Below, one piece after another: positions 26,759 to 39,559 of a stretch of DNA of 64,000 nucleotides. The first letter of the stretch is position 1; each line of letters begins with the position of its first letter. The notes under the pieces are model-generated. The model saw only the letters and a list, made by a program, of their open reading frames with translations. It ran no database searches and had not been told where the DNA came from. The translations under genes and the position numbers were made by a program. The stretch spans positions 186,001-250,000 of the forward strand of contig CM074806.1 in assembly GCA_037447605.1 (NCBI GenBank). The letters are read 5' to 3'. Source of the DNA: Zygnema circumcarinatum SAG 698-1b (Eukaryota; Plantae; Zygnematophyceae).

Positions 26759-27880
26759 TCAGCGAGACTCGAGAGTAGAAAACAGATGTCCTGAGATCCC
26801 CATAATTCTGAAGAGGTCTGCAGGACTCAAATTAGGCAACTGTTCAATAGTGTCTGGAACAGTAGTCAAGGAAGGGCAGTCGTCAATATCCAGTGAAGTG
26901 AGACTGGTAAGCCCCCCCAGCTTCTCGGGAAGAGCGGTTAAACTTCGGCAGCCGTGCAGGTCCAAGATTTGAAGGCAAGGCAAGTTTCCAATAGAATCGG
27001 GCAGGCTCTCTAATTTGTAGCAGTCTTGGCAGTTCAATTGGATCAGTTGACTAAGATTCCCTATGCTTTCTGGTAGGGCTCTGAGTTCATGGCAGCCTTT
27101 GAGGTTGAAGTTCTTCAACCGCGTTAGTTGACCAAGCGAAGGCTGGAGATAGCTCAACTTCGCACAGCTTGAGAGGTCCAATTCCGTTAAATTTTCCAAT
27201 TGCCCGCAACTCTCGGGCAGAGTTAGCAACTCCTCAGCTCCCAAACTGAGTTCTTTGAGGTTCCGAAGGCGCCCAAAATCCGACGGCAATGAAAGGCATC
27301 CCCGAGAGTGAAAGGCTAAAGCTGTCAATTCAGACAAATCACTTATAGAGGGTGGAAGATGGAAATGCGAAGCAGCAGTTGGAAAAGGGGAGGTCCAAAG
27401 TGCTGCTACTGTAAGCTCTCCTAATCTTGAACAGCCCTTGAAAAGTCTATCGAACCCCAAATCAGTCACCTGAGCCACGCCTCTCTCGTCATCCGACGTT
27501 TCCTTCCTTTGCCCTTCCAGATAATGAATATTCAGGGACTTAAGCTGCGGGCAAGACTTCCCAATGTGCTTCAAAAGGCTGTTTGTTACCAGACTGTGGC
27601 TCGACAAGTGAAGTTGTAAGGATACCAGATGAATAAACTTGTCGAGGGAGCGCAGAACTATTGTAGAAATGTTGGGACTGCAATCCTTCAATTTTAGAGC
27701 TTGAAGAGCCTCATTGGCCAGCCTGCACCATCGTCGACACACGAGCTTGTACCGCACCCACTCTTCAGTGTTACTCACTTTCGCCATAATGGCAACAATG
27801 CATCGGTCTGATAGATCAGAGATATGTGTCGAACTGCAGTCAGTCGCCGAGTCCTCTTTATTCGATTTTCTTCCTTCCTC
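26759..27880 (-). CDS. F-box + leucine-rich-repeat protein (large coding exon; true start probably in an upstream exon near 28456)
   Basis: F-box-like ISDLSDRCIVAIMAKV...LVCRRWCRLA, then RNI-like LRRs (GKSCPQLKSLNI, VTDLGFDRLFKGCSRL), then ~6 LPxxxGxLxxLxxLxLxxCxxL repeats. The listed ORF starts at TTG, and a TTGCAG acceptor lies at ~27884. Confidence 0.8.
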   Translation of the reverse strand, partial: EEGRKSNKEDSATDCSSTHISDLSDRCIVAIMAKVSNTEEWVRYKLVCRRWCRLANEALQALKLKDCSPNISTIVLRSLDKFIHLVSLQLHLSSHSLVTNSLLKHIGKSCPQLKSLNIHYLEGQRKETSDDERGVAQVTDLGFDRLFKGCSRLGELTVAALWTSPFPTAASHFHLPPSISDLSELTALAFHSRGCLSLPSDFGRLRNLKELSLGAEELLTLPESCGQLENLTELDLSSCAKLSYLQPSLGQLTRLKNFNLKGCHELRALPESIGNLSQLIQLNCQDCYKLESLPDSIGNLPCLQILDLHGCRSLTALPEKLGGLTSLTSLDIDDCPSLTTVPDTIEQLPNLSPADLFRIMGISGHLFSTLESR

Positions 27881-30115
27881 ATCTGCAATACAGCGCCGGG
27901 AACAGCAAACTTTCAAACTGCATCACAGCTGTCTTCAGCTTGCGCATACATTCCAAAGAAAACCTTTCAGGAAAAAAAGTGAGTCAAGCAAAGTGCCAGA
28001 ACACAAGTGTTGCAAAGGCGCAAGCAAGTCACTCCAAATTTCTGAACCTCTGTTGAGCCATTCCACTTTCCTGTAGCTTGGAAACAGCCAACTAACCACG
28101 AAGGAACTGCTAAATATGGGCAGACACATGCGGCTGCAAGAAGTGTACAAGTGAATTACTACTAAAAATAGCTCAATATGATTTCCACGAACCATAAGCA
28201 AATGGTTGAATGGTTTACCAGATTGGGTCACATCGCTCCATCCAAGTACTACACTCACCGTCCTTCCAGACAAAAAGGAGAGACGTCGCGTCAACGGATT
28301 CCATTTTCCTTGAAGGGGAGACGAGACAGAACGGAGAAACGGGGGTGCTCGAGTTTCATTCTGGTCAGAAGAAGAACGTCGATTCATGTTACGCGAGAAG
28401 AAGGATTGTTCAAGGCTTTGTGACCTGCTAACAGACTGGGGCTGGAAGTCCTGCATTTTGCCGAAAAAATATGTCCCAACGTTTTCAAGCGTCTAATGCC
28501 CGCAGGATGGTCTTGGCTAGGCCACGTTTGGTCTGCTTGTCGGTTGCATTTGCGCTATCTCCAGGAGAAAGTTGAAAGATAAAAGAAATCTATTTGCCAA
28601 TGTATGGGAAATACCGACACACATTGACTAAGAACGTGCATATGTGTCAAGCTTCTGCCCAAGGTCCCTTCCTTCCACAACCAGTGAAATACTACAGACT
28701 TCGGAAACTCCTTAATAGTTGACGGTACATTCAGATTGAATAGCACAAATGTAAACCTGGAAAATTAAGAAGAGAAAATAAGAGGATGGAGGTGTCTCAG
28801 TTTTCATCGAACTTGGTCACATTTAAAGTCAACAAAAGAAACAAAAGTCTGCTACATATGTCTACATCCTTTTACCAATGAAATACTATGTCAACCTATA
28901 ACTGCTGTGCTCTTGGAAACATTTCATTGCTTGTCATAACACGCAAAATTGCGAAAACACAGCAAAAACATGCCAAAACACAGCAAGAGAAGGGCTGGGA
29001 AGCTTAATGAGCAGCAATCGGATAACAGATATCAAAAGAGCTGCAGATTTTTCTGTTCGTTTAACATTCGAGAAAGTAACTTGATAACTTCCAAAGATAT
29101 CATTCTATCGGACACGACGGGAGTGCATCTTTAGCAACAAATGCCACATTAACGGTAGCTGAATCAAAGCAGCCAGAAACAGCAAGATAGCATTTTTCAA
29201 TTGGGAACATATAAAGGACTAGGAAATGCATTCTCCTAAAAAAAAAAAGCTCCAGAAACGTCAAAAATTCCGTCGTGAAGGACCTCAAACAACAAAAAAG
29301 CAATAGCTGCAAGCCTCATTAAACAGAAGGTTCTTCAGTAGTTTCTTGACAGTCTACATTAGAGACTGAAACTCGCAGAAGTGTTGTCATGAAGGATATC
29401 TCGCTTCGACTTTCACATAACCACACCTGAAGCCTTCCAGCGAAGACTTCATGGAAAAGAATCAATGCAGTAAAGAAACAGCAGCAGAAACTTCCCATGA
29501 AAGCGGAAGAAGTAACCGGACACATGCACAGTTCTGTCCGCATTTCAGCAGTTCTGCACTCCGAACAGAAGAGAAGTACGCTTGCAAAAACTTGAAACAA
29601 ACGCAGATTCAAAGCCACGAATACTGCGACGCTTGAAATTTCACATTGACGAAACCAGTGAGGCTGGCACGCGTTGCAGCATTACCGTACCTTCCAGGGC
29701 CGCAAAACATCCCCACCCTTCCTTCCAGGGAGGAACGCAGGCCCGCAGTAGCGCAAGCTGAGCTTTGGTAGTTCCAGGACGAGCCCCCGTCTCCATGCGG
29801 CAATTCTGCAGCCCGTCGCCGTAAAACTGCGTCGTGTTCCATGCACTGCCGACTTCTGCCGACTTCTGCCGGCTTTCGAGATGTACGGAGTTGTCCTGGA
29901 GGCGGACTTGACAATGGCGCGCCGTACAGTACGGACAGCGGAGTAAATTATTGCATTTTAGATGAGATGATGATGATGATGATTTTGTTGGTCCTTTGCG
30001 ACCAATTCCTCGTGGTTCCCCATGCTGCTTTTGTCCATTTTGTCATTCTGTCGCAGTAGCGCGCACTGCGCACGACGGCATGCATGCATGTGCTGTTTTT
30101 GGGCAAAAAAAAAAA

Positions 30116-30577
30116 GGAAATGATACTTCACCCCCCTTTTCGGTTATCCCGCCCCATTTTTTTTTTGAAATCCCGCCCTCCCATCTGTGGCTATTCCTCT
30201 CCCCCCCAACCCATTTTTTTTCGCCTCTACTGTCTCTCTTCTCTGCTCTCACTCTCCTCTCCTCTCTCTCTCCTCTGCTCTCTCTCTCTCTCCTCTGCTC
30301 TCTCTCACCCCTCTGCTCTCTCTCTCTCTCCTCTGCTCTCTCTCACCCCTCTGCTCTCTCTCCTCTAGTCTCTCTCTCCTCTGCTCTGCTCTCTCTCCCT
30401 GCGAATGTCTTTACGAACGTTGCGCTGATGTGTGAGAAGGATAAAACGGGGGAGGTGTGAATATCCAAAATGGGGAGGGGGGGGGATATCAAAACAGGTG
30501 GCGAAATAGCCGAAGTAGGAGGGCAGCATTTCAAAATAAAAACAGGGCGGAATAACCCAAAAAGGGGGGCCAAGTAT
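30116..30577. mobile_element. MITE-like element with ~70-bp terminal inverted repeats and a CT-rich interior
   Basis: 30123-30195 is the approximate reverse complement of 30502-30577. The left end GGAAATGATAC resembles the TIR start GGAGAATGATAC at 36974. The right terminus is eroded and no TSD is seen. Confidence 0.6.
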
Positions 30578-31353
30578 GAAGAAAGAAATTGCGCGAATAT
30601 TATAGCGAGTGCTCATGGACTGGCGGGCATTGGACCCTTCCAACAAGGCAGATCTGTGTATCTACTACCCATGTCCAGGCTTATGTGGCTCATAAACAAG
30701 ATTTAAAATACATTACATCTTATAACCACGATAGTGTGGCATTTGTTTTCTTTACTAAGCCCGACGAAAGGGTCAAATGGTCGCAGGCATAGTTACAGTC
30801 GGCAAGTGAAGGGCGGACCCTCCAGGGGAGAACAACATTCATGCTTCTTCCTTGAGCCCAACAACAACATTACACTCTACATCCGTCCGTGCACGCACAC
30901 AACAATGCCTCCCCCCCAACAGCCGGTACAGTACCGAAGCAAGCGCAGTGCAGCAGTCCGTCTCTGTACAAATCGCCGCGTTACATCGCTCTCCAGTGAA
31001 TGCCACATTGTGTGGGAGGTCCCCAACTCTCTCTTTCCTCCCCACCATGTATTCAAAGAATGCCGCTGAACATGCACCAATATCACTATCTACACAACCC
31101 AACCGAAACTGACTAACTGCCCAAACATGGGACCACTCTATCCGTGTGATCATACGTCTCAATGGTTTCTCCTCCTAGCAAGAACATGTAAACACCCCAT
31201 GAGCCTCTCCTACTGGTCTCCCAACAAAGTGTTTTCGGCCTTTGTGCGATTCACAATTTCATTGGTAGAGAATCCCCATGACAAACCACCCAAACCCTAA
31301 ATCTCACCTCCGTCCCTCCTTATCGAGAACCGCGAGAGGGCTTCTGCTTCCCA

Positions 31354-34300
31354 CTATGCTGAAGCCTCCTCCTTGTCGGCAGCGTGGGAGAGCTCCTCCT
31401 CCACTTTCTCATCCTCCGCTAAGACGACAGGGGGAATGGCATCCACCTTGAAGCGCACCGTCTGTACAGACCAGCAACAGTGAATCAGACAGAAGGCTAA
31501 GTAATTGGAAATTAGATGACTGACAATCTGCTCTCTATCCAATTTTGTCATAATTTCAATATCCAACGCAGTTCTACACAGACTTTGACCAGTTATCTAC
31601 ATAATCTTCGGTGAATTTGAGGATGAAGATGGGAGTGACAACATGGTAAGGGAGTTCGTTAGGTCAGCTCAAGAGTTATCTACATGCATCAGCAGTTATC
31701 TGCGGGCGGGGGGAAGGGGGCATCATCCCATTCCTTTTCCGGAAGTTGGCTTACCTTCTTGTTCAAGTAAGAGTAGGAGTTGTCCCAAACGAGCTGATAT
31801 GAACCCACATCTGGTGCATTGAAGCTTCCCTGCACACGGAGCGGAGAGATTCAGAGAGGAGAGCGCATCTATAGTATAAATTCGATAAGTGGCAGAAAAT
31901 CTTCCAATATGAAGCAACCAGACCAGAAGCTCAAACGACCTTCAAGAAGGTAGACATTCACAGTCCTTTCCCATGACGTTACAGATGTTGACAATAAGAA
32001 GAAAGAAAATCTAGCCATGATCACATTCGTGCTACGGCCCAAGACTCGGGATTCCATTTGAAGATAAGATTGACGCTTGGCTCACCTGATGCGTATCGAG
32101 ACGCTGATAGGGTACAATTCCCTATGGAAGTAGAAAGGAAGGAAAAACAGGGGAAGGGGAGGCGGAGAAAGACACAGAAAAATGCTTCAGAAAAATGCTT
32201 CAATAATCTCATCATCAGCAAAAAGCCCTTCCAGAACTCTGCCCACCACGCAGTCTTCTGATGTAAAGGGCCAAGAAAATTTGCTTACACCCCACTTCAC
32301 ACATGCAATAAAGAGTTGAAATTTCACTCTCCCGCAGACGAATGTTACAAGAGGGAACGTTCCAAGAGACTGACCGTTTTGGCACCACTCTCACTGATGA
32401 AATCGACACTGAAGCCGACATCCTGCAAAATGACGAGGCTAAATTTCAGCAAAACAATTGCAGAAGTTTCTTCAGGAAGGATATCGCTAACTTCAAATAT
32501 TTACAAGCCCAATTTTATCAATCTTCAGCGCGTCTATGGCCAATACTGAGACACGAGATCCTCCTCTCTCTAATCGCGAGAGAGGAGTAAGATGGAGTAA
32601 GATTCACCTTTCCCATTGTCAAGGAAAATTCCCACGCAATGACGGAGCCTTCAACATCTACAGTAAGAGGCACCTGCAATCCATCCATCTCCCGACCACC
32701 TTCATTGATGAGAAAATGGCAATGCCAAACGTTCCTTTTCAACTATAGCATTATTCTGTAGACCAAGTATTTGGGCTCCGGCCACGAATTGCCGTATTTA
32801 ACAACTGGGCACTATCGAATGACAACTATCGGAATCACAGGTATCCATCAGGTCCTTCACAATGATGTCTTGCATCGACTGAGAAAATTCCCCTTATTTC
32901 CATTAGCTTGATGACCACTCAAGACTGCAATATGAACATAACGTACATGATAATGGAGAACAACCCTTACATAGAGAGTCCCTTAAGGAACACATAATCG
33001 GCCATGCCTTAAAAAGTCGAACGAAAAAAAACAGTTCTTACGGATAATCTATTAGAAAAGAAAAGGTACTGTCCCCCATAAATGTTATACTCAAAAAGTG
33101 CGGCTGTTGCTTGAAGCGAGTTTAATGCATAATAAATGTTTGATGCAGTTTGATGCTAGTAGGGACTAATACTCAAATTTCGAATGCATAAGAGAATGCA
33201 AACATTGAAGGTAACATCCTTTTCTCTGCACATCATGGTTTTCGGGTATTCCCATCTTCGCCAGAGGACACAAACCTCATGCTTTAAGCCGTTCGCGATG
33301 GTAACTTCCTTGTACTCATCCATCTTCCTGTTTTAACAGCATTCACAAGCAAAGTTTGCATCAGTCTTGCCTACTACATAAACCTATTGTTTTGCATTGA
33401 AAACTGGTATGAGTACTTCATGCTCATAATCATTCCAAAAGACATTTATGAACTAAAGAAAGTTCAAACTGCAGACATTCAGTAACATTGTTTCTTCAAG
33501 ATACCAGAGAACTAAATGCACCGCCAATGCATCAATACAAAGGTTTAACAGAGAGCAAGAATACATTCCAGGTTCCCATTTTAATTTGTTGAGAACTCAC
33601 GATTTTTCTTCAGCTGTCATGGCATCTTCAGCAGAGATTAGGAAGGGAGAATTCTCAAAAATTGCTCTGAACAGATAAAAACAAGCCAAAGATACCTTCT
33701 GTTAGGAAAAAAGGAACTTGGATAACTCGATTGAAGCAAAGATAGAATCACTAGCTAACACACAACTTGAGGGACATCTTGCAGGCGCTATTTCAGCATG
33801 GCAAATTCGTTACTGGCACCTCAATATTCCAAAGTTCGACAAAAAATGAAACTACTATATACAGTTTCACTCAATTGTTCAACTCGTGATCCTTCATGAC
33901 GTTTCAAGTGGGCCTTTGCTGCTTGCTGCTGACCTGATTGTTCCGAGGAATCGGGCAAACTCAGAACAGTAAAGCGTTATTGCTTGCTCTGTCAATGCAC
34001 TGTACTCCTCACTATTCCTGTTTGTCACATGTCCGATGAAAGTCAGAGAGAATCCTAGCAAGTAACTCAGTGGAAAATTTCTCCGTGAAAAAAGCCTACA
34101 GATTTGTGTTTTTTGTCATTCTGTATCTCTGAGTTATCTGCTAAAGCTTCTTTTGCAATTTCTGCCATGCGGGTATGGCTGGACTGATACTGCTGGGCAT
34201 CTATGATTACTTACGCAATTTCGGTGTCATAGACCGCCCACCATAAAGTCAAAAAAATCCGAATTCTGTTTGCGAAACTGGTAAGTTCATATAAATAGGG

Positions 34301-36361
34301 TCCGTAGCGATCTCGCTGCTCTTCCATCGGCCTACATGTGAACAACGAAACGAAATTGAATTCAGAAATTATATAGCCTCTAGTTTAGAAACGTATGGTT
34401 GATTGAACTGGTGACTACTTTGCATTGTGCGAGTAATGCCCTCTACTCACCCATTGTGGTCGTTGATCTGCTTGACAAAATCCAGGAGCACCTGCATCCA
34501 GAGGAGACAAAAGGAGACAAAGGGGAAGGGGAGAAAAAGAATGATGAAATGAGGAAAGTAAGAGGAAAGAGAGAAAGGCAGAAGAGAGTGGCGAGGGAGA
34601 AGGCGATGGAAGGAGAGGGAGTAATCAAATTAAGGGTGAGCCTTAACATGAATGAGCACCTTCCTAACATAACACCCACAGAAAGTGCAGGATCTGAAAA
34701 AATAAGATGATCACATATGGCTAGTAAAGTTCGGTGGCATAAAGAGAAATCACGAGAGAGGGGGGGGGGGGGGGNNNNNNNNNNGGGGGGGGGGGGGGGA
34801 GAGAGAGAGAGAGAGAGATCACAACTCACCTGGGGAACTCCCACCAGATATTTTACGAGAGTCTTGTAGACTCCGGTAGCTGATCCCAACGAAGCAAGAG
34901 TCTTCCGTCTGCATGGCACAAGGATCTCTGTCAGGAAAACATCCACCTGGTGGTAGGCAAATGAAAAAGAAAAACCACAGCATTCTGCACCAAAGCGAAA
35001 GATCAACGACAGCAAATACATGACTTCAGTTCTTGAGCTTAGGCACTTGAGTCTACTATACCTGTCCATTTGCTGTTGCCAAAGGAGAGCATATTTTTGA
35101 GCGATCGTACCACCAGACGTCAACAGAAGTTCCACCTCTTGTTGCCTTTTTTTTTCTGACTGTTCTCGGAGTTGCTTGATGATTGTGCCTCGGAAGTCCT
35201 TGGGCATATAAGTGAGAACTGCAGTTCACGCATAGAGAACTCAGTACGATGAAAAACTCTGGATATTGAGACAACAGAAACCCACAGCACTGACTGAAGT
35301 GATAAAAGAAGGTAACTTTCGTTGCAATAAAATAAAACAAAGCAGGCCTGAAAGGAGACGCTGTCTTGAAAAATGAGGGCACATTTCAAAGCTAGAGAGC
35401 TGAAATGCATACCCATCTGGAAGACTTTACTGCTAGTACTTGTCTGATACGCTTCAATGGAATCAAGAAGCTTGGAAGCTTCTTCAGTCCATCTAAGTGT
35501 TGCCTCGGCAAGCGATTTGCCCAACGGCGTATCCTCCTTCTGAAGCTGCACATCACCACAGCGGAGAAGAAATCATGCAGCGAGTTAGTGGTTTCTGGCA
35601 GGCTTTATCGCACACAGAAAAAATACGAAACAAAGCTCCATCATCAGTTAGGTGCTCAGGGGAGTTAGGTTAGCCTAGATAGCCACTTCAGTATTTTTAG
35701 ACTATTTCTCCGTCATTTTGCAGAGATCCTACAACAAAGGAAGCCAGCTTGGCACCAACCGCTTCAGGCCAATGTTCCTTATCCAGGAGGTGAAGAATTT
35801 CCTCCACTTGCTCCCGATTCTTCCACAAGTTCTCGTCTATTTTGTGAGGAGGATCAAAAGTCAATTCCTCCACGAGTCCGTCATCACCTGTCACCAGTCC
35901 GACGAAAAAGCTCAAGAGAACTGAATCCTCCTTGCCAAGGTAGGCCTTGATACACTAAAGTGCAGACGGATTGTAAGCGGCTGCAGCACTTACAAAAGCA
36001 ACATTAGCGAAAAATCTCCATTCCCGATTCCTTAAGAACTTTGAAGTTTTCATGCAGTCGGCAGATAAATCAAGTACCCCAGTCTATCAATGTGTGTGAG
36101 TGCGTGTTTGTGTACAAGAGGGAGAGAAAGAGAGAGAAAGAGAAAGATTCACATGCTGCAGTAAATCTGCTGAGGAACGCATACGCCAGATCAGCACAAA
36201 CCTGCAGTCTTCTTCCTCGTCGCATCAAGCTGATCTGAAAGCGATTGCAGCCTAGAGTCCAAAACCTTCACATCATCCACAATCGGATCAAACGGATACT
36301 TCTCATAGAACTTCGCCAAAAAGGCTCGAGTAATGGGCACAAGCCCCTCCGTAGTCGTCAT
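31354..36361 (-). CDS. GOLD-domain protein (At5g01010-like), multi-exon
   Basis: MTTTEGLVPITRAFLAKFYEKYPF, PPHKIDENLWKNREQVEEI, LGSATGVYKTLVKYLVGVPQV, and a C-terminal GOLD domain (IAWEFSL, GSYQLVWDNSYSYLNKK, VRFKVDAIPPV). Confidence 0.9.
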
Positions 36362-36923
36362 CTCTCCCTCCTCTCCCTCCCTCTCTCTCCCTCTTTCCCT
36401 CTATGCCCAATCCTGCAAAACAGCAATAAACTTAAACAAACCCTAACTCACACACAATCGACTCGAATCCCTCTCTCTCTCTCTACCCTCTACTCCTCAC
36501 ATCAAATAAGATCAACAATACCCCCAGAGTGCGCACAGAAGCGCTCCCCCCTCACTCGCCCTCCCCCTCTCCCTCTCCCTCTCCCTCTCCCTCTCCCTCT
36601 CCCTCCCCCTCCGCCCTCTGGCAAGCTCTAGGGAGGGCTCCAGTAGGTACTGCCCTGCGCCAGCCCAACCGGCCTGACCGACCCAACCGCCAAATCAACT
36701 GAACGCGTCACCGTCGGTTGCCACAGGCGCCACACGCCCGCGATCGCCCAAGCGCGCTTTTGGCGACAGTGGGAGGCGCGCAGCCAGGCTGCCTGCCACG
36801 TGGTGCACTCTATGTGGAGCCACGTGGCAAAGTGCTTCTGCCCCTGCGCCGCCCCTTGCTTTCGCCGAAGCGGGTACCCGTACAGCCGAACAGGCTGAGA
36901 AATTGAGACGCGGGTTTTTTAAA

Positions 36924-37744
36924 GGAAAATGATAGTTACACACCTTTTTTGTCTATATCCACACCTTCTTCCCGGAGAATGATACTGCACCCCCCCCATT
37001 TGGATACCCCACCCCCTTTTTGAAAATTTTGCCCTCCCATTTTGGTTATCCGCCCCCCCTGTTTTGGATATTTCGGGAGGAGATATCCCCTGCCCTGCCC
37101 TTCCCTGCCCTCCCCTCCCGTCCCCTCCCCTTTCCTCCTCCTCTCTCTTCTCGGTTGGCAATGTCCACAGAAATGCTACCAACTGAGTATGAGACCCGCG
37201 ATGAGCTCATACAACTCGCCTTTATTGGGGGTCTACGATCTTAACCCCGAAACGAAGAGTAATGGTTGCCCCACATTGGTGACCTTTGCGGCTGCTAGGG
37301 CTGCGTTTTTGCGCTTAAGCCTAGTTTAGTTTAGTGTTTTTTTTAGTTTTTTGCTCTTAGTTTTTTTATTTTGTGCTTAGATCCTTTGCGATCAGTTTCT
37401 CGTGGTCCCCCATGTTGACTTCGTCCATGTTCATCTGATGGCCTCACCATCGTGAGATCAATGCAAATCCCCTTTTCTTTTGTTGCACAATGTTGGAAGT
37501 CAGTAGTGACAAGGAGAAAAGAAGGGGGTGGGGTATCCAAAATAGGGGGTGAAATATCCAAAACATGGGGGGGGTAACCAAAATGGGAGGGCGTAATTTT
37601 CAACAAGGGGGTGGAATATCCAAAATAGGGGGTGCAGTATCATTCTCCTTCTTCGCCGGCCAGGTTTTATTTTAGGGATCTAATGGTATTGGGGTTTTTT
37701 TAAAAAGTGTATCTTGACAAAAAGGTGTGTAATTAGTAATTCCC
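36924..37744. mobile_element. Outer, older TIR element (Mutator-like) interrupted by the 36974-37648 element
   Basis: GGAAAATGATAGTTACACACCTTTTTGTC (36924-36953) versus the reverse complement of GACAAAAAGGTGTGTAATTAGTAATTCCC (37716-37744). No clear TSD. Confidence 0.5.
36974..37648. mobile_element. Non-autonomous Mutator-like element (MITE), ~100-bp TIRs, 8-bp TSD with one mismatch
   Basis: TIR GGAGAATGATACTGCACCCCC... (36974-37074) mirrored at 37551-37648. Flanks are TTCTTCCC (36966-36973) and TTCTTCGC (37649-37656). Interior carries a copy of the dispersed repeat. Confidence 0.78.
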
Positions 37745-38130
37745 TTATTTTTTCAATTCTCAACCTTGTTGAAAGTTAAGGCTGAATTTGAACACTCGAG
37801 CTCGACACTTTTTCGATTTACGAAAGCGAAAACTTTTAAGAAAAAAGTTGAATGGCTCAATTGGTTCGGTCGCACGTGTGGATTCCAATGTTTGCCACGT
37901 CAGTTCCGTGGGATTCGAGGGATCCGGTTAACAACTGGGCCCCAGTTTTACCGTACGACTGACCTCTTCCCGCGAGCCGATCAACAATTTCTGTACGACA
38001 CGCCGGGCCCACGCGCTTTGCGATCCGCTAAAATCTCATTGTTCATCGGTGGACCCAAGGAAAACTCAAAGGGAACACGAACGATAATTAAATGCTCAAT
38101 GTTTACTTAGTTCTCCATAAAAATTGTATT

Positions 38131-38333
38131 AGGGGTAGTCAGACATTGACCATCCCCAAATCAATTTAGTAAGCGTGTCGGGCGAATTTAAACATTGGCT
38201 AGATACGCATTTCGGTACGACTGTGTACGGCGGGGCCGTGGATGCCGACCGGGAATTCGTACACGAAAGAAGTGCCGCTTAGTAGAAGGAATCCGGGAAT
38301 TTAGTACGCGATGGTCAATGTCTGACTCCCCCT
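38131..38333. mobile_element. Small MITE (~200 bp) with ~23-bp TIRs
   Basis: AGGGGTAGTCAGACATTGACCATC ... GATGGTCAATGTCTGACTCCCCCT. Flanked by ATT on both sides (or TA if the terminal A/T is excluded). Confidence 0.72.
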
Positions 38334-38376
38334 ATTGAGAAAAAAATTCGGAGGAATTCATTTCTCATTTCTCAAA

Positions 38377-39008
38377 GGAAAATGCTATTTACAGTGTCCT
38401 TGTTCTGAATGTAGTGTACTTTTTCGCCGGGCAACTTGTACAATGGATTTTTTTTGCGAAAAATGCTGTTTCATACTTTTCAGAATAAATACAGACCTTT
38501 TTTCGTCGGATGTACGGATGGTGATTTGAATGTACGCGCGCGTCTACAAGGTATAAGGGCGCAACACGGGTTTTTGAGTGCGTCTGCCGCACCTCTGTAC
38601 AGTTCAAAGAGTTGTTCGGAAGAGTTAACGGGCCGCAGTGCCATTGAGGCAATGGTGGAGCTGATTTCTGAATGAAGTGAACAGGATGTTGGACATATGA
38701 AATGACAGAATTTTCTTGAAGCGTACCCCAGCCATGGTGTGGCTGGGGATTTTCTGTATATTAAAAAGTCTCCTTACAGACGTTGACAAACCCTAAAATG
38801 AGTTTTTGAAGTCTGTCGGTTTTTTTCCCGCCATTTCCGACTGCGCTTCGTACATTCAAATCACCATCCGTACATCCGACGAAAAAAGGTCTGTATCTAT
38901 TCTGAAAAGTATGAAACAGCATTTTTCGCAAAAAAAATCCTTTGCACAAGCTGCCCGGCGAAAAAGTACACTACATTCAGAACAAAGACACTGTAAATAG
39001 CATTTTCC
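38377..39008. mobile_element. Non-autonomous Mutator-like element, 160-bp TIRs, perfect 8-bp TSD
   Basis: 38377-38536 versus 38849-39008 are near-identical inverted repeats beginning GGAAAATGCTATTTACAGTG. TTCTCAAA at both 38369-38376 and 39009-39016. Confidence 0.88.
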
Positions 39009-39119
39009 TTCTCAAAATGAGTGGTGTTCACAAATATAGGGGTTCTTTTTTGAGAAACTGGTTTTGAAAGTTTTATTTTTCAGAAGCCTCTTTTTTTTTT
39101 CTCAACCTGTTCGGTTTTT

Positions 39120-39380
39120 ACAGTACAGTCCGTACATTATCGTCGTATGATACAGTACAGTACGGCATTGTACCAAGAATCATACGGACATGCATGTACG
39201 GAGAATGATCCCACACGCTTGTACGGTCCTACAGTACTGTACGGGGAATGGCCCCACACGTGTGTAGTGTCTTATTTGTTAACTCGCAGACAGGGCAAGG
39301 TCAAGGGCAAGGGACAGGACAGGGGTACAGTGGTACGGCCTTCAACGATAATATGTACGGATACAGTCGTACGGTACTGG
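39120..39380. repeat. GTAC/TACAG-rich semi-palindromic repeat (probable MITE remnant)
   Basis: Dense GTAC motifs and the palindrome TACAGTACTGTA. Similar motif clusters at ~29915-29940 and 48345-48500. Confidence 0.5.
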
Positions 39381-39559
39381 ACCGGCAGGCGCGTGCCCTT
39401 CCACGTAATTGGCTCCGGCAATACCTCGGGCGCGATGCGGCGACGTCATCATGTACACTATTGCGTCATTCCCACCAATGTGCGCCCTCTGTTACACGTG
39501 CGGGGAGCCTGCAGCCGCCGCGCTGTCAGGTCCCAGCAGGCGTCGCGCGAATTAAAACA

